64,000 bases of DNA, from assembly GCA_031459875.1 (NCBI GenBank), contig JAVKHQ010000001.1, forward strand, positions 192,001 to 256,000. The letters are read 5' to 3'. Positions 30,610-40,590 of this stretch are shown piece by piece. The position numbers were made by a program, and so were the translations under genes. The notes below the pieces were generated by a model. The model saw nothing but the letters and a program-made list of their open reading frames with translations, had not been told where the DNA came from and did not search any database. Within the stretch, counting starts at the first letter, position 1. Each line of letters starts with the position of its first letter. Source of the stretch: Candidatus Fervidifonticultor sextus. Lineage in GTDB: Bacteria; Sysuimicrobiota; Sysuimicrobiia; Sysuimicrobiales; Humicultoraceae.

Positions 30610-32091
30610 CTGAGATTCCCGCGCGACTTGCCTGTCAAGCCATTTGTGATTGTTACCCAACCCGGTATCATCGCGCCATCTACGGTGTTACCGGGGCAAG
30701 GGGGGAGGAGAGGATACCCCTGCCTTTCGTCCCGCTGCCGCCGGCATCGGACGGCGCCGGCGTGTGGGAGGGGAGGGGCTGCGCGCCATGCAGCCCGATG
30801 CTCGCCGGGGTGGCGTCCTGAGGAGTTCAAGCCGCGGGCTCTGTCGGTGGTTGGCCAGCCGGTAGATCTGCTGCAGCTTGCGCTCGATCTCATCGGCCAA
30901 GGCAAAGGGGTTCAAGCGTTGCCGGAGTTGCTGCAAGGCGGCGATCTTGGCTGGGGCGCCTCCACCGGAGGCCAGGAGGCGATCCAGGGGGGTCTGGGGG
31001 CGGTCATACACCCGCTTGAGGCGGGAGCCGACGCGGACTTTCCGGATGAGCTTCACTGAGGGCTGGAAGAGGTTCATCATGAGCCTGAGCTCGTTGCGGT
31101 AGAGGTCGTTGATTGCCTCGACGGCCTGGGGGGAGTCGTAGCGATCCCAGCCCAGGAGCTTGCGGACGTGCGTCCAGTTCTTCTGCTCGATGTGGGCGTT
31201 GTCGTCTTTCTTGTAGGGCCGGCCGCGGGTGAACTGGATGCCGTGGGTCTGGCAGTAACGCCAGAGGTGGTGGTTGATGAACTCGGAGCCGTTGTCGGAG
31301 TCCAGGCCGTGGAGGGAGAATGGCAGGGCCTGGGCCATCTCCTGCAGGGCCTGGAGGACGGTGGTTTGACCGCGTCCGAGGGTGGCCCGGGTCTCCACCC
31401 AGGTGGAGTGGATGTCGGTGAGATTCAGCGAGTAGGCGAACTCCCCGTCAGCCGCGTTTCCGGAGTGGGAGACCAGATCGGTTTCAGCGAAGCCGGGAGT
31501 AGTGACATCCCAATGCTCGGTCTTGATGGGGATGTGGTGCTTGAGCAGGGTGCCGGGCTTGGTGCGGCCGTAGAGGCGGCGCCGGAGGTGCCGCTTCTTG
31601 GCGTGGAGGCGGCGGTCGATGGTCCGGGGGCTGATGGAGAGGACCTGACGCTCCACCTGGGGGCTGATCGCGAGCCGTTGCTTGGCCCAGGGGAGCCACA
31701 GGGGCAGCAGCGCCTTGAGGCGGACCGACCAGGGGGAGCCCGCCGCCTCCCAGATGGCTGCCAGGACGGCAATGGCTTGCGCCCCATAGGTTGAGGGCCG
31801 GCGCCGCCGGCGGGGCTGGGCGTCCGGGGGCTTGTTGAGGACCCGGATAGCGGCCTTGCGGTGGTAGCCCGTCGTGGCGCAGAACTCGGTGAGGATCTGC
31901 TGTTTGGCCAGGCGCGACGCGGTGCGGTAGCGGTGGGAGATGGCGCGGACATACTCCCGCTTGGACGTTGGACTCACTGGTGTATTCCTCCCGGGGGCCG
32001 AAGACAGTCGCTTGCTCGGGTAACATATCACATGGCGCGACGATAGGTCCCCGGGTAACAGTTTAGGCGGCGCGATTCGCCACGTTGTCAG
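30610..32091 (-). mobile_element. ISNCY-like insertion sequence (boundaries tentative)
   Basis: Two TCGCGCC-N8/9-TGTTACC-type repeats at each end in inverted orientation; candidate 5-bp TSD CGCCC at 30605-30609 and 32092-32096. Confidence 0.6.
30688..31977 (-). CDS. DDE transposase (rve/integrase core, ISNCY-type)
   Basis: ETDLVSH, LDSDNGSEF, RPYKKDDNAHIEQKN; GGAGG RBS before GTG. Confidence 0.9.
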   Translation of the reverse strand: MSPTSKREYVRAISHRYRTASRLAKQQILTEFCATTGYHRKAAIRVLNKPPDAQPRRRRRPSTYGAQAIAVLAAIWEAAGSPWSVRLKALLPLWLPWAKQRLAISPQVERQVLSISPRTIDRRLHAKKRHLRRRLYGRTKPGTLLKHHIPIKTEHWDVTTPGFAETDLVSHSGNAADGEFAYSLNLTDIHSTWVETRATLGRGQTTVLQALQEMAQALPFSLHGLDSDNGSEFINHHLWRYCQTHGIQFTRGRPYKKDDNAHIEQKNWTHVRKLLGWDRYDSPQAVEAINDLYRNELRLMMNLFQPSVKLIRKVRVGSRLKRVYDRPQTPLDRLLASGGGAPAKIAALQQLRQRLNPFALADEIERKLQQIYRLANHRQSPRLELLRTPPRRASGCMARSPSPPTRRRRPMPAAAGRKAGVSSPPPLPR

Positions 32092-32121
32092 CGCCCCGCG
32101 CAGATGTTAGGATGGATTGTC

Positions 32122-33495
32122 GTGGCTCGGTCCTCTCCTTCCGTCGCCGGAACTGCACGCCCTGATTGGCTCGTCCAGTTCGGCCGGCGCCTGCTCCTGG
32201 CTCGAGGGCGCGCGGGCCTGACCCAGCAGGCGCTTGGCGCACCGGACCTCAGCAAGAGCTTCATCAGCCTGCTGGAAAGCGGGCGCTCGCACCCTTCGGT
32301 GGAGACGGTCATCGCCCTCGCCCGTCGGGTCGGTAGTTCCATCGGGGCGCTGCTGCTCGATACTCCGGCGCTCCGCCTGGAGACCGCGCAGAACCTCGTC
32401 CACTTGGCCGGCCAGATGGACCCCGGACCGCAGGGAGCCGAAGCGGTCACACTGGTCGAGGCGGCCCGGGTGCTGCTCCCGGATATGCCCGCAGACCTCC
32501 GCGTGCGCGCTGCCCTCGTGCGGGCCAGGGTTGCCATGGCCGGCGGGCGTCTTGACGAGGCCGCACGCTGGGCGGAAGAGGCGTTGACCCAGGCCCGACG
32601 CCATCGCCTGACGAACCTTGCCGGCATGGGCCTTGCGCTCAAGGGCGACGTGGCCCTCAAGCAGCGCTCGTTCAAGGCCGCCCTGCCGTTGCTGGAGGAG
32701 GCCACGACGACCCTCCAGCGGACGAAGTCGGCCCGGACCGAGGAGAACGTGCGGGCCCTGATCTCGCTGGGGGCGGCGTGCTTCCAGCTGGGGCTGACCG
32801 ATCGGGCGGGCCGGGCCTACAAGCGGGCCCTGGAAGTGGCCACCCGCCTGCGCCTCCAGGCGCTTGGAGGCAAGGCCCTCATGGGCCTCGGCCTAGTGGC
32901 GCGGGCGCGGCGCCAGGCCGATCTGGCCGTCTCGCTGCTGCGGCAGGCGCACGAAGCGTTCGCCCAGGCCGATCAGGTCGCCGAGGCAGGCCAGGCGCTC
33001 AATGCCCTGGGTCTGGTCCTGCGCGAGCAGGGCCGGCACCAGGAGGCCCTGGCGGCCCTGGAACAGGCGCTCCAGCTCCGGGATCGGCTGGAGTCGCCTG
33101 GCGTCCGCAGCGCCACGTTGGACGAGATCGCCCTGGTCCACCTGGCGCTGGGCCGCCACGCAGATGCGGCCCGCGCGGCGCGCCGGGCCATCAGAGAGGC
33201 CGAGGCGGCCAGGGATCGCGGACGCGAGGCGGCCGCGCAGGTCACGCTGGCCCGGGTGCTCCGCGCCCGGGGCCGCCGGCGGGAAGCGGTCCACCTGCTC
33301 CGCGGCGCGATCACCGTCCTGATGCGGCTCGGCCTCGACCAGCAGGCGAAAGCCGCAGCCGCGGATCTGGGCCTGCTGTTGCGCGATGCCGGGAACCAGC
33401 AGGACGCTGAGAAGTACCTGGCGATGGCCCTGCGGAAGTCCCCGGCTCCCGCCTCCGCGCGCCAGGCCCCGGCCCTGGAGGAACTGCCCCACTGA
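32122..33495 (+). CDS. XRE-HTH + TPR transcriptional regulator
   Basis: GLTQQALG...SKSFISLLESGRSHPS followed by multiple TPR-like helices. Confidence 0.85.
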   Translation: MARSSPSVAGTARPDWLVQFGRRLLLARGRAGLTQQALGAPDLSKSFISLLESGRSHPSVETVIALARRVGSSIGALLLDTPALRLETAQNLVHLAGQMDPGPQGAEAVTLVEAARVLLPDMPADLRVRAALVRARVAMAGGRLDEAARWAEEALTQARRHRLTNLAGMGLALKGDVALKQRSFKAALPLLEEATTTLQRTKSARTEENVRALISLGAACFQLGLTDRAGRAYKRALEVATRLRLQALGGKALMGLGLVARARRQADLAVSLLRQAHEAFAQADQVAEAGQALNALGLVLREQGRHQEALAALEQALQLRDRLESPGVRSATLDEIALVHLALGRHADAARAARRAIREAEAARDRGREAAAQVTLARVLRARGRRREAVHLLRGAITVLMRLGLDQQAKAAAADLGLLLRDAGNQQDAEKYLAMALRKSPAPASARQAPALEELPH

Positions 33496-33670
33496 CCGTT
33501 GGGGATCCCCGCCACCGGCGGCCCCGCAGAACCGCAGGCCGCCGGGACCGCCAGTATCTTCCTGACCGGCACGGATCCGGCAGGCGCCCCGATCAGGGCC
33601 CGATGCCCGCGCGGAGTCCCCCTGCCCACGACGGCGCCCGGCGGTGTATCCTTGTGCCCGAGGAGACCCG

Positions 33671-35401
33671 ATGAACCGCGAGACGAAAAGCCCGACCCGC
33701 AAGCGACACGTCAGCCCCAACTTCATCACCGAGATCATCGATGCCGATCTCCGCCGGGGGCGCTACCCAAAGGTCGTCACGCGCTTTCCGCCCGAGCCCA
33801 ACGGCTATCTGCACATCGGGCACGCCAAGTCCATCTGCCTGAACTTCGGGCTGGCCCTCGACTACGGCGGGGAGTGCAACCTGCGTTTCGACGACACCAA
33901 TCCCGAGACCGAGTCGCTCGAGTACGTCGAGAGCATCAAGCGGGACGTCCAGTGGCTGGGCTTCCAGTGGGCCCGGGAGTGCTACGCGTCGGACTACTTC
34001 GAGCAACTCTACGAATGCGCGGTCCAACTCATCAAGGAAGGTAAGGCCTACGTGGACAGCCTCACCGAGGAGGAGATCGGCGCCTACCGGGGCACCGTCA
34101 CCCAGCCGGGCCGCCCCAGCCCCTACCGCGACCGCAGCGTGGAGGAGAACCTGGACCTCTTCCGGCGCATGCGCGCCGGCGAATTTCCCACCGGCGCGCA
34201 CGTCCTGCGGGCCAAGATCGACCTGGCGAGCCGCAACATGAAGTTGCGCGACCCGGTCCTCTACCGCATCGTGCACGCCACCCACTACCACACCGGGGAC
34301 GCCTGGTGCATCTACCCGCTGTACGACTTCGCCCATCCGCTGTCGGACGCCATCGAGGGTATCTCCCACAGCCTCTGCACCCTGGAGTTCGAGAACAACC
34401 GGGCCATCTACGACTGGCTGGTGGAGCACCTGCGCGGCAAGTGCGGCCTGCCGGCCTCACCCCGTCCCCACCAGTACGAGTTTGCCCGGCTGAACCTGGA
34501 CTACACGGTGCTGTCCAAGCGCAAGTTGATCCGACTGGTGGAAGGGAAGTACGTGCAGGGCTGGGACGACCCGCGCATGCCCACCCTCTCGGGCCTGCGG
34601 CGGCGCGGGGTCACGCCGGAAGCCATCCGCGAGTTCGCCGCCCGGATCGGGGTGGCCAGGGCCGACAACCGGGTGGACGTCGCGATCCTGGAGGCCGCCA
34701 TCCGCGACGACCTCAACCCCCGCGCGCCCCGGGTGATGGCCGTGCTCAGGCCGCTGCGCGTCGTCCTGACCAACTTCCCGGAGGGACGGGTCGAGCACCT
34801 GGAGGCCCCCTACTGGCCCCACGACGTGCCGAAGACGGGCTCGCGGCGCGTGCCGTTCGCGCGGGACCTCTACATCGAGCGCGACGACTTCATGGAGCAC
34901 CCACCCAAGGGTTTCTACCGCCTCACACCTGGCGGGCGCGTGCGGCTGCGGCACGCCTACGTGATCCGCTGCGACCACGTGGTCAAGGGCTCTAGCGGCG
35001 AGGTCGTCGAACTGCGCTGCACCTACGACCCCGACACGCTCGGCAGGAACCCGGCCGACGGTCCCCCCAAGGGCACGATCCACTGGGTCTCCGCCGCGCA
35101 CGCGGTGCGGGCAGAAGTCCGCCTCTACGACCGCCTGTTCAGCGTACCCGATCCCGAAGCCGGCCCGGGCGAGTTCACCGACTACCTGAACCCCAACTCC
35201 CTGATCACGGTTGAAGGGTTCGTCGAGCCCAGCGTCCTCCACGACCCGCCGGAGGTCCGGTATCAGTTCGAACGGCTGGGGTATTTCTGGCAGGACCCGG
35301 CCGACTCCAGGCCCGAGCGCCTGGTCTTCAACCGGATCGTGCCGCTGCGCGACTCGTGGGCCAAGGTCGCCCGCGATGCAGCCGCTATCGAATCGAGATA
35401 G
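33671..35401 (+). CDS. glnS: Glutamine--tRNA ligase
   Basis: [49 protein letters not shown]. Confidence 0.95.
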   Translation: MNRETKSPTRKRHVSPNFITEIIDADLRRGRYPKVVTRFPPEPNGYLHIGHAKSICLNFGLALDYGGECNLRFDDTNPETESLEYVESIKRDVQWLGFQWARECYASDYFEQLYECAVQLIKEGKAYVDSLTEEEIGAYRGTVTQPGRPSPYRDRSVEENLDLFRRMRAGEFPTGAHVLRAKIDLASRNMKLRDPVLYRIVHATHYHTGDAWCIYPLYDFAHPLSDAIEGISHSLCTLEFENNRAIYDWLVEHLRGKCGLPASPRPHQYEFARLNLDYTVLSKRKLIRLVEGKYVQGWDDPRMPTLSGLRRRGVTPEAIREFAARIGVARADNRVDVAILEAAIRDDLNPRAPRVMAVLRPLRVVLTNFPEGRVEHLEAPYWPHDVPKTGSRRVPFARDLYIERDDFMEHPPKGFYRLTPGGRVRLRHAYVIRCDHVVKGSSGEVVELRCTYDPDTLGRNPADGPPKGTIHWVSAAHAVRAEVRLYDRLFSVPDPEAGPGEFTDYLNPNSLITVEGFVEPSVLHDPPEVRYQFERLGYFWQDPADSRPERLVFNRIVPLRDSWAKVARDAAAIESR

Positions 35402-36284
35402 GGTTTGACTCAATCGCCTCGGGCATGTCCGGGGAGGGTCTGTGGCAGAACGAGAGGCGGACCCGAGCCCTGTCCAGGGGCGTCAGGCCCCTGGGGATGG
35501 TCCAGACCAGCGACCTCGCTGCCCCACGGTTCGGAATGATCACGCAGGTGGTCCGGGCGTGCTCCAGACGGGCGGCGGCGACCACGCGGCCGCGGTCGGT
35601 CACCTGGATGGCGGGACGCACGCCGATCGGATAGTCGGTGATCCGACCCAGGGCCATCCGGACCTGCTCCCCCGCCCGGTAGAGATCCCATTCGGTGCGC
35701 AGCAGGACGAGTCTGTTGCGGGCGCCGAGGTCCTGTTCGACCCCCGTGGAGGTCTCATCCCAAAACCGGCTTGGGCCAACGTCGATGTGCACGGCGCTCG
35801 CATGGTAGTACCCGGCCCCGCAGCAGTCGAGGCTGCGGACGAACTCCCAGAGTCGCTTCCCCTCGACCCCCTCCATCTCGATGTCGGCCGCCATCCCCTC
35901 CAGGTGCATGCTCGTGCGGGCCGCCAGCCTGCCTCTCCTCCGGAGCCCTTCATTGTCGGCGGGACTCCGATAGCCCGACACGATCCTGATCGGCCCGCCT
36001 CTCAGGTGGTCCTGGAGGTAGTCGAGGAGGGCGACCAGCCGGAGGGCAATCCCCTCAGAGGCGTGGGGCGGGACGCCGAAGATCTGGTTGATCCGCCTGT
36101 GAACCGATTTCGGATAGTCACCCCCCGGCGTTCGGTACGCCATCACACCGCCGCCGGTGTGCGCATTGACGAGATGGACGATCCCGTCTCCTTCGAGAAA
36201 GAACCGTCGCGAGGCCGAGGCCCCGGCGGTCAGGGGGAAGAGCAAGAGCAAGGCCGCCACCGAGCAGAGAGCCGCATTGGGCAT
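35385..36284 (-). CDS. YcbK/DUF882 (peptidase M15-like) secreted protein with C-terminal extension
   Basis: Signal peptide; [33 protein letters not shown]. Confidence 0.82.
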   Translation of the reverse strand: MPNAALCSVAALLLLFPLTAGASASRRFFLEGDGIVHLVNAHTGGGVMAYRTPGGDYPKSVHRRINQIFGVPPHASEGIALRLVALLDYLQDHLRGGPIRIVSGYRSPADNEGLRRRGRLAARTSMHLEGMAADIEMEGVEGKRLWEFVRSLDCCGAGYYHASAVHIDVGPSRFWDETSTGVEQDLGARNRLVLLRTEWDLYRAGEQVRMALGRITDYPIGVRPAIQVTDRGRVVAAARLEHARTTCVIIPNRGAARSLVWTIPRGLTPLDRARVRLSFCHRPSPDMPEAIESNPISIR

Positions 36285-36536
36285 CGGGGACCCACCCACA
36301 GCCACCGGGTTCCCAGTGGGTTCTTGAAAGAACCTGTGCCGTCCTTCCGGGAAGGGGCAGCATCTCAAGTCGCCGCGTGCCCGCAACCGGCCCGCAGACC
36401 CAGACCCACACCCGGCCATCGGCTGGATGGTGAAGACCAGATGCGACAAAGCGCGCCCCGGAGCTTCGCACTCCCGTGGGGGAGCCGGGGACCGACCCGG
36501 CAACGGCAGCACCGTGAAAGCGCAAGGTCCATGCCC

Positions 36537-36610
36537 TGGCTGGGGGAGGAGGATTCGAACCCCCACTAACGGGTCCAGAGCCCGTCGTCCTACCGTTAGA
36601 CGATCCCCCA
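36537..36610 (-). tRNA. tRNA-Gln (CTG)
   Basis: TGGGGGATCGTCTAACGGTAGGACGACGGGCT-CTG-GACCCGTTAGTGGGGGTTCGAATCCTCCTCCCCCAGCCA; cloverleaf with encoded CCA. Confidence 0.96.
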
Positions 36611-36663
36611 GCGCACACGCGCCGCGGCAGCCCGCGGCGCGTGTGCTATGCGGTTGCACGCTG

Positions 36664-36693
36664 ATTATACGGGAGGCTTCAAAACAGGGTCAA
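36664..36693 (-). promoter_or_regulatory. sigma70-type promoter of tRNA-Gln
   Basis: TTGACC-18 nt-TATAAT. Confidence 0.7.
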
Positions 36694-38171
36694 GGCACGA
36701 CCGCCCCGGCAGCGAACGCGGCCGCCCGACGCAGCCGGTCCACGGCCCGCTCCCGACCGAGCACCTCGGTGAGTTCGAACAACCCCGGCCCGGCGGTCTT
36801 GCCGGTGAGGGCCACCCGCGCCGGATGGATGAGTGCCCGGGCCTCTGCGCCGGCACGGGCGCAGACACCGCGCAATGCGGCCTCGATCGTCCCGCGCTCG
36901 AAGGGCTCCAGGTCCGCCAGCGCGTCCGCATAAGCGGCCAGCAGGGGCGCCGAGGCCGGCGTCAGGTGTACCGCCGCAGCCGCCGGGTCGTACTCGACGT
37001 CCCGGAAGAAGAAGTCGCCGTAGGCGATGATGTCGCGGCCGGTCTTCAAGCGCTCCCCCACCACCTCCACCACCCGGGCCAGGTAGGCCCGCGCCTCGGG
37101 ACCCGGATCGGCCGGCAGCAGGCCTTCCCGCTGCAGGATGCCAACACAGAGGTCGACCACGCGGCCGGGGGCCTGCCCCATGAGCCGGCGCATGTAGACG
37201 CCGTTGAGCCAGGTGAGTTTGTCCAGGTCGAAGATCGGCGAGGCCCGGCCCACCTCCTCGAGCCGGAACTCCCGGACCAGTTCTTCCAGCGCATAGACCT
37301 CGCGCTCGGACTCGGGATGCCAGGCCATCAGCGCGAAGAAGTTCAGCAGCGCCTCCGGCAGGTAGCCCTGCTCCCGGTACTCCCGCACCGCGGTGTCGCC
37401 GTGCCGCTTGGACAGTTTCTTCCGGTCAGCGCCCAGGATCACCGGGAGGTGGGCGAATGCCGGCGGGGCCCATCCCAGCGCCCGGTACATCACCCACTGC
37501 TTGGGCGTGTTCGACAGGTGCTCGCTGGCCCGGATGACGTGCGTGATGTCCATCAGGTGGTCGTCGACGACGTTGGCGAAGTTGTACAGCGGCGTGCCGT
37601 CGGACCGCACGATGATGTAGTCGTCCAGGTGCTCGGGCTCGAAGACCACGCGACCCCGGATCAGGTCGTCCACGACGATCGGCTCAGCCAGGTCCGTGAC
37701 CCGCAGGCGCAGCGACGGACGGCGGCCGGCGGCCTCGAAAGCCGCCCGCTGGGCCGCGGTCAGGTCGCGGCAGCGGCCGGAGTACCGATGCGGCCGGCGC
37801 TCCCGCTCGGCCCGGCGGCGCTCGGCGTCCAGTTCGTCCGCGGTGCAGTAGCAGGGATAGGCGGCACCCCGGTCGGCCAGTTCGCGGGCAAAGCGGGCGT
37901 AGAGGTCCTGGCGCTCGGTCTGCCGGTAGGGCCCGACCGGCCCCCCGACGTCAGGGCCCTCCTGCCAGCCCAGGCCCAGCCAGCGGAAGTCCTCGAAGAT
38001 CGCCGCCTCATAGGCCTGGGTCGAGCGCGAGCGGTCGGTGTCCTCGATCCGCAGGATGAAGACCCCGCCGTGGTGGCGGGCGAACAGCCAGTTGAAGAAC
38101 GCGGTCCAGGCGCCGCCGATGTGGAGATACCCGGTCGGGGAGGGCGCAAAGCGCGTGCGGACCGCTGCCAC
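36690..38171 (-). CDS. gltX: Glutamate--tRNA ligase
   Basis: RFAPSPTGYLHIGG, LRIEDTD, KLSKR. Confidence 0.95.
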   Translation of the reverse strand: MAAVRTRFAPSPTGYLHIGGAWTAFFNWLFARHHGGVFILRIEDTDRSRSTQAYEAAIFEDFRWLGLGWQEGPDVGGPVGPYRQTERQDLYARFARELADRGAAYPCYCTADELDAERRRAERERRPHRYSGRCRDLTAAQRAAFEAAGRRPSLRLRVTDLAEPIVVDDLIRGRVVFEPEHLDDYIIVRSDGTPLYNFANVVDDHLMDITHVIRASEHLSNTPKQWVMYRALGWAPPAFAHLPVILGADRKKLSKRHGDTAVREYREQGYLPEALLNFFALMAWHPESEREVYALEELVREFRLEEVGRASPIFDLDKLTWLNGVYMRRLMGQAPGRVVDLCVGILQREGLLPADPGPEARAYLARVVEVVGERLKTGRDIIAYGDFFFRDVEYDPAAAAVHLTPASAPLLAAYADALADLEPFERGTIEAALRGVCARAGAEARALIHPARVALTGKTAGPGLFELTEVLGRERAVDRLRRAAAFAAGAVVP

Positions 38172-38194
38172 GTCCCTATTCTACGCGACCCGGG

Positions 38195-39148
38195 CTACGT
38201 GAACAGCAGGCTGACGGACTGGTTCATGTGGATCCGCCGGATCGCCTCGGCGAGCAGCGGCGCCGCCGAGAGCACCGTGATCTTCGGCAGGAGACGGTCG
38301 GGAGGGATGGGGATCGTGTTGGTGACGATCACTTCGCGGATCTCGGGACGGGACAGCCGCTGCGTGGCCGGTCCGGCCAGGACCGGGTGGGTGGCGCACA
38401 CGTAGATCTCGGGCACGCAGCCGTGGGCCAGCAAGACGTCGGCGGCCTGCATGAGGGTCCCGGCGGTGTCGATGATGTCCTCGATGAAGATGGGGGTCTT
38501 CCCTTCCACCTCGCCGACCATCTGGATCGGCTCCTTGGAGTCGGCTCCGACCCGGCGCTGGAAGATGACCGCCAGCGGCAGGTCCAGCCGGTCGGCCAGC
38601 CGCTTGCTGCGCTTCACCGCGCCGTCATCGGCGGCCACGACCACGCCGTTCTTGAGGTCCCTGCGGAGGAGGCAGTCGGCGAACAGCGGCAGCGCCCTCA
38701 GGTGGTCCACCGGGATGGTGAAGAACCCTTCGACCTGCCCGGCGTGAAGGTCGAGGGTCAGCACCCGGTCGACGCCGGCCGTGGTCAGGAGGTCCGCCAC
38801 GAGCCGGCCGGTGATGGGCTCGCGCGGCGCATCCTTCTTGTCCTGGCGGGCATAGGCGAAGTACGGGACGACGGCGGTGATGCGCCCGGCCGAAGCGCGG
38901 CGGAGGGCGTCCACCATGATGAGCAACTCCATGAGGTGTTCATTGACCGGGTGACAGGTGGACTGGACGACAAACGCATCCTCGCCGCGGGCGTTCTCTT
39001 CGTAGCGGCAGTAGATCTCGCCATCTGCGAAGCGCATGAGCCTCACGCGACCGGGGTTGATCTGCAGGTACTCGGCGATCTCCCGACCCAGATCGGGCAC
39101 CGAGCTGCCGCAGAAGAGTTTCAGCTCGCCGTAGGTGGTATCGGTCAT
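38195..39148 (-). CDS. prs: Ribose-phosphate pyrophosphokinase family protein
   Basis: FADGE, PYFAYARQDKK, DLHAGQ, DIIDTAGTL, ATHPVL. Confidence 0.9.
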   Translation of the reverse strand: MTDTTYGELKLFCGSSVPDLGREIAEYLQINPGRVRLMRFADGEIYCRYEENARGEDAFVVQSTCHPVNEHLMELLIMVDALRRASAGRITAVVPYFAYARQDKKDAPREPITGRLVADLLTTAGVDRVLTLDLHAGQVEGFFTIPVDHLRALPLFADCLLRRDLKNGVVVAADDGAVKRSKRLADRLDLPLAVIFQRRVGADSKEPIQMVGEVEGKTPIFIEDIIDTAGTLMQAADVLLAHGCVPEIYVCATHPVLAGPATQRLSRPEIREVIVTNTIPIPPDRLLPKITVLSAAPLLAEAIRRIHMNQSVSLLFT

Positions 39149-39156
39149 GGCGCGGG

Positions 39157-39420
39157 CTACCGCGCCTGGACGAGGAACTTGATGGCCGTGCGCTCTTCGC
39201 CATCGATCTCCACTTTGGTGAACGCAGGGATGGTGACGAGATCGATGCCGTTGGGGGCGACGAAGCCACGGGTGATCGCAATCGCCTTCACGGCCTGGTT
39301 GACGGCCCCAGCGCCGACCGCCTGGATCTCCACCGAGCCCTGCTCGCGGAGTACTGCCGCCACGGCGCCCGCCACCGCCTTGGGCTTGGAATCCGCGGAG
39401 ACCTTGAGCACCTCCGCCAT
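39157..39420 (-). CDS. spoVS: SpoVS family protein
   Basis: VLKVSADSKPKAVAGAVA...IQAVGAGAVNQAVKAIAI. Confidence 0.93.
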   Translation of the reverse strand: MAEVLKVSADSKPKAVAGAVAAVLREQGSVEIQAVGAGAVNQAVKAIAITRGFVAPNGIDLVTIPAFTKVEIDGEERTAIKFLVQAR

Positions 39421-39474
39421 GGCCGACCGCTGCCTCCTCGAAATGCGGCGACGAAAGGGGGGTTCCGCAAGCGT

Positions 39475-39501
39475 ATTCGTCTGGTCGGGCGGAACTCCTC
39501 C
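39475..39501 (-). promoter_or_regulatory. sigmaH-like promoter of spoVS
   Basis: GGAGGA-17 nt-GAAT. Confidence 0.55.
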
Positions 39502-39504
39502 CTT

Positions 39505-40590
39505 CTAGTCTACCAGCAGTCCCGCCGCGGCGGCGACTCCGGCGGCGGCCGCTCGGCGCCACTCCTCCAGGCGCGCCTGCAGGGCTGCCGGCTGCACCCG
39601 AGGTGCCGTCCAGGCCGCTTCGAGGGCCTGGAGGAGCGCCCGAGGAGACGCATCCACGGGCAGCAGCCCCTGAAGACCCTGCTCGGTCATGAAGGCCGAG
39701 ACCTTGGGATCGTAGGCCAGCCCGACCGCGGGGACGCCCGAGGCGGCGGCGAAGACGATGGCGTGGAATCGGACCCCGACCACCAGGTTCATGGCACCCA
39801 CGAGCCCGAGCAGTTCCTGGGGGGTGGAAGCGGCAATGACACGGCCGCCGGAGGCCCGGGCGACGGCGTCGCTGGCGGCCTGATCTCGACGGCGATCGAA
39901 CACCAGGACGGCGACCGAGGCCCCCCAGGAGGCGGTGGCGCGGCGCAGGATGCCTCCCAGGACCTCGGGGTCGGCCAGCCCCGGCCACGGTCGGACGGCG
40001 GCGGCCACGGTCGGACGGCCGGGTTCCAGGCCGGCGCGTCGGAGCGCGGTCTCCACCTGTTCCCGGGGCGCCGGGGAGAGCAGGACCGAGAGGTCGGCCC
40101 CGAGGTGGATCGGGCGGGACACGCCCAGGGCCTCGAGCGCCCCCAGGGAGTCCCGATCGCGGACGCTGATCACCCGGGCCGCCTCGAATGCCCGGGCCGC
40201 CACGTGCTGCACCCACCGGCGCCGGATCGGCCCGATCCCCTGTCCAACCGCAGCGACCGGGACGCCCCGCCGGGCCGCCGCGAGCATCGTGCCGAGATAG
40301 TAAAGAGCACTGCGGGCGCTGGTGACGTCCTGCACCAGCGATCCCCCGCCCATGATCAGCAGCCTGGCGCCAGCCAGTGCCTGCCACACCCGGGACGGTG
40401 TGCGCGGGATCGCCTCCACACCATGGAGGACCCGGGTGCCGGGCGGGTCGGCGGAGAAGACGATGGGGCGCGCCGAGGGCACGCGACCGCGCAGTTCCCC
40501 GAGCAATCCGGCCAGGACGGCCTCGTCGCCGAGGTTGCCGAAGCCGTAGTACCCGCTGATCAGGACCGGCCGAGCCGTCGCGCGACCCAG
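39505..40590 (-). CDS. csaB: Polysaccharide pyruvyl transferase CsaB (start uncertain)
   Basis: ISGYYGFGNLGDEA, GGGSLVQDVTS, GQGIGP, SVRD, RFH, YDPKV. Confidence 0.88.
   Translation of the reverse strand: MGRATARPVLISGYYGFGNLGDEAVLAGLLGELRGRVPSARPIVFSADPPGTRVLHGVEAIPRTPSRVWQALAGARLLIMGGGSLVQDVTSARSALYYLGTMLAAARRGVPVAAVGQGIGPIRRRWVQHVAARAFEAARVISVRDRDSLGALEALGVSRPIHLGADLSVLLSPAPREQVETALRRAGLEPGRPTVAAAVRPWPGLADPEVLGGILRRATASWGASVAVLVFDRRRDQAASDAVARASGGRVIAASTPQELLGLVGAMNLVVGVRFHAIVFAAASGVPAVGLAYDPKVSAFMTEQGLQGLLPVDASPRALLQALEAAWTAPRVQPAALQARLEEWRRAAAAGVAAAAGLLVD

Noticed and set aside
36285..36536. Possible att site or ncRNA downstream of tRNA-Gln
   Set aside because: No duplicated tRNA 3' end, integrase or convincing structure seen
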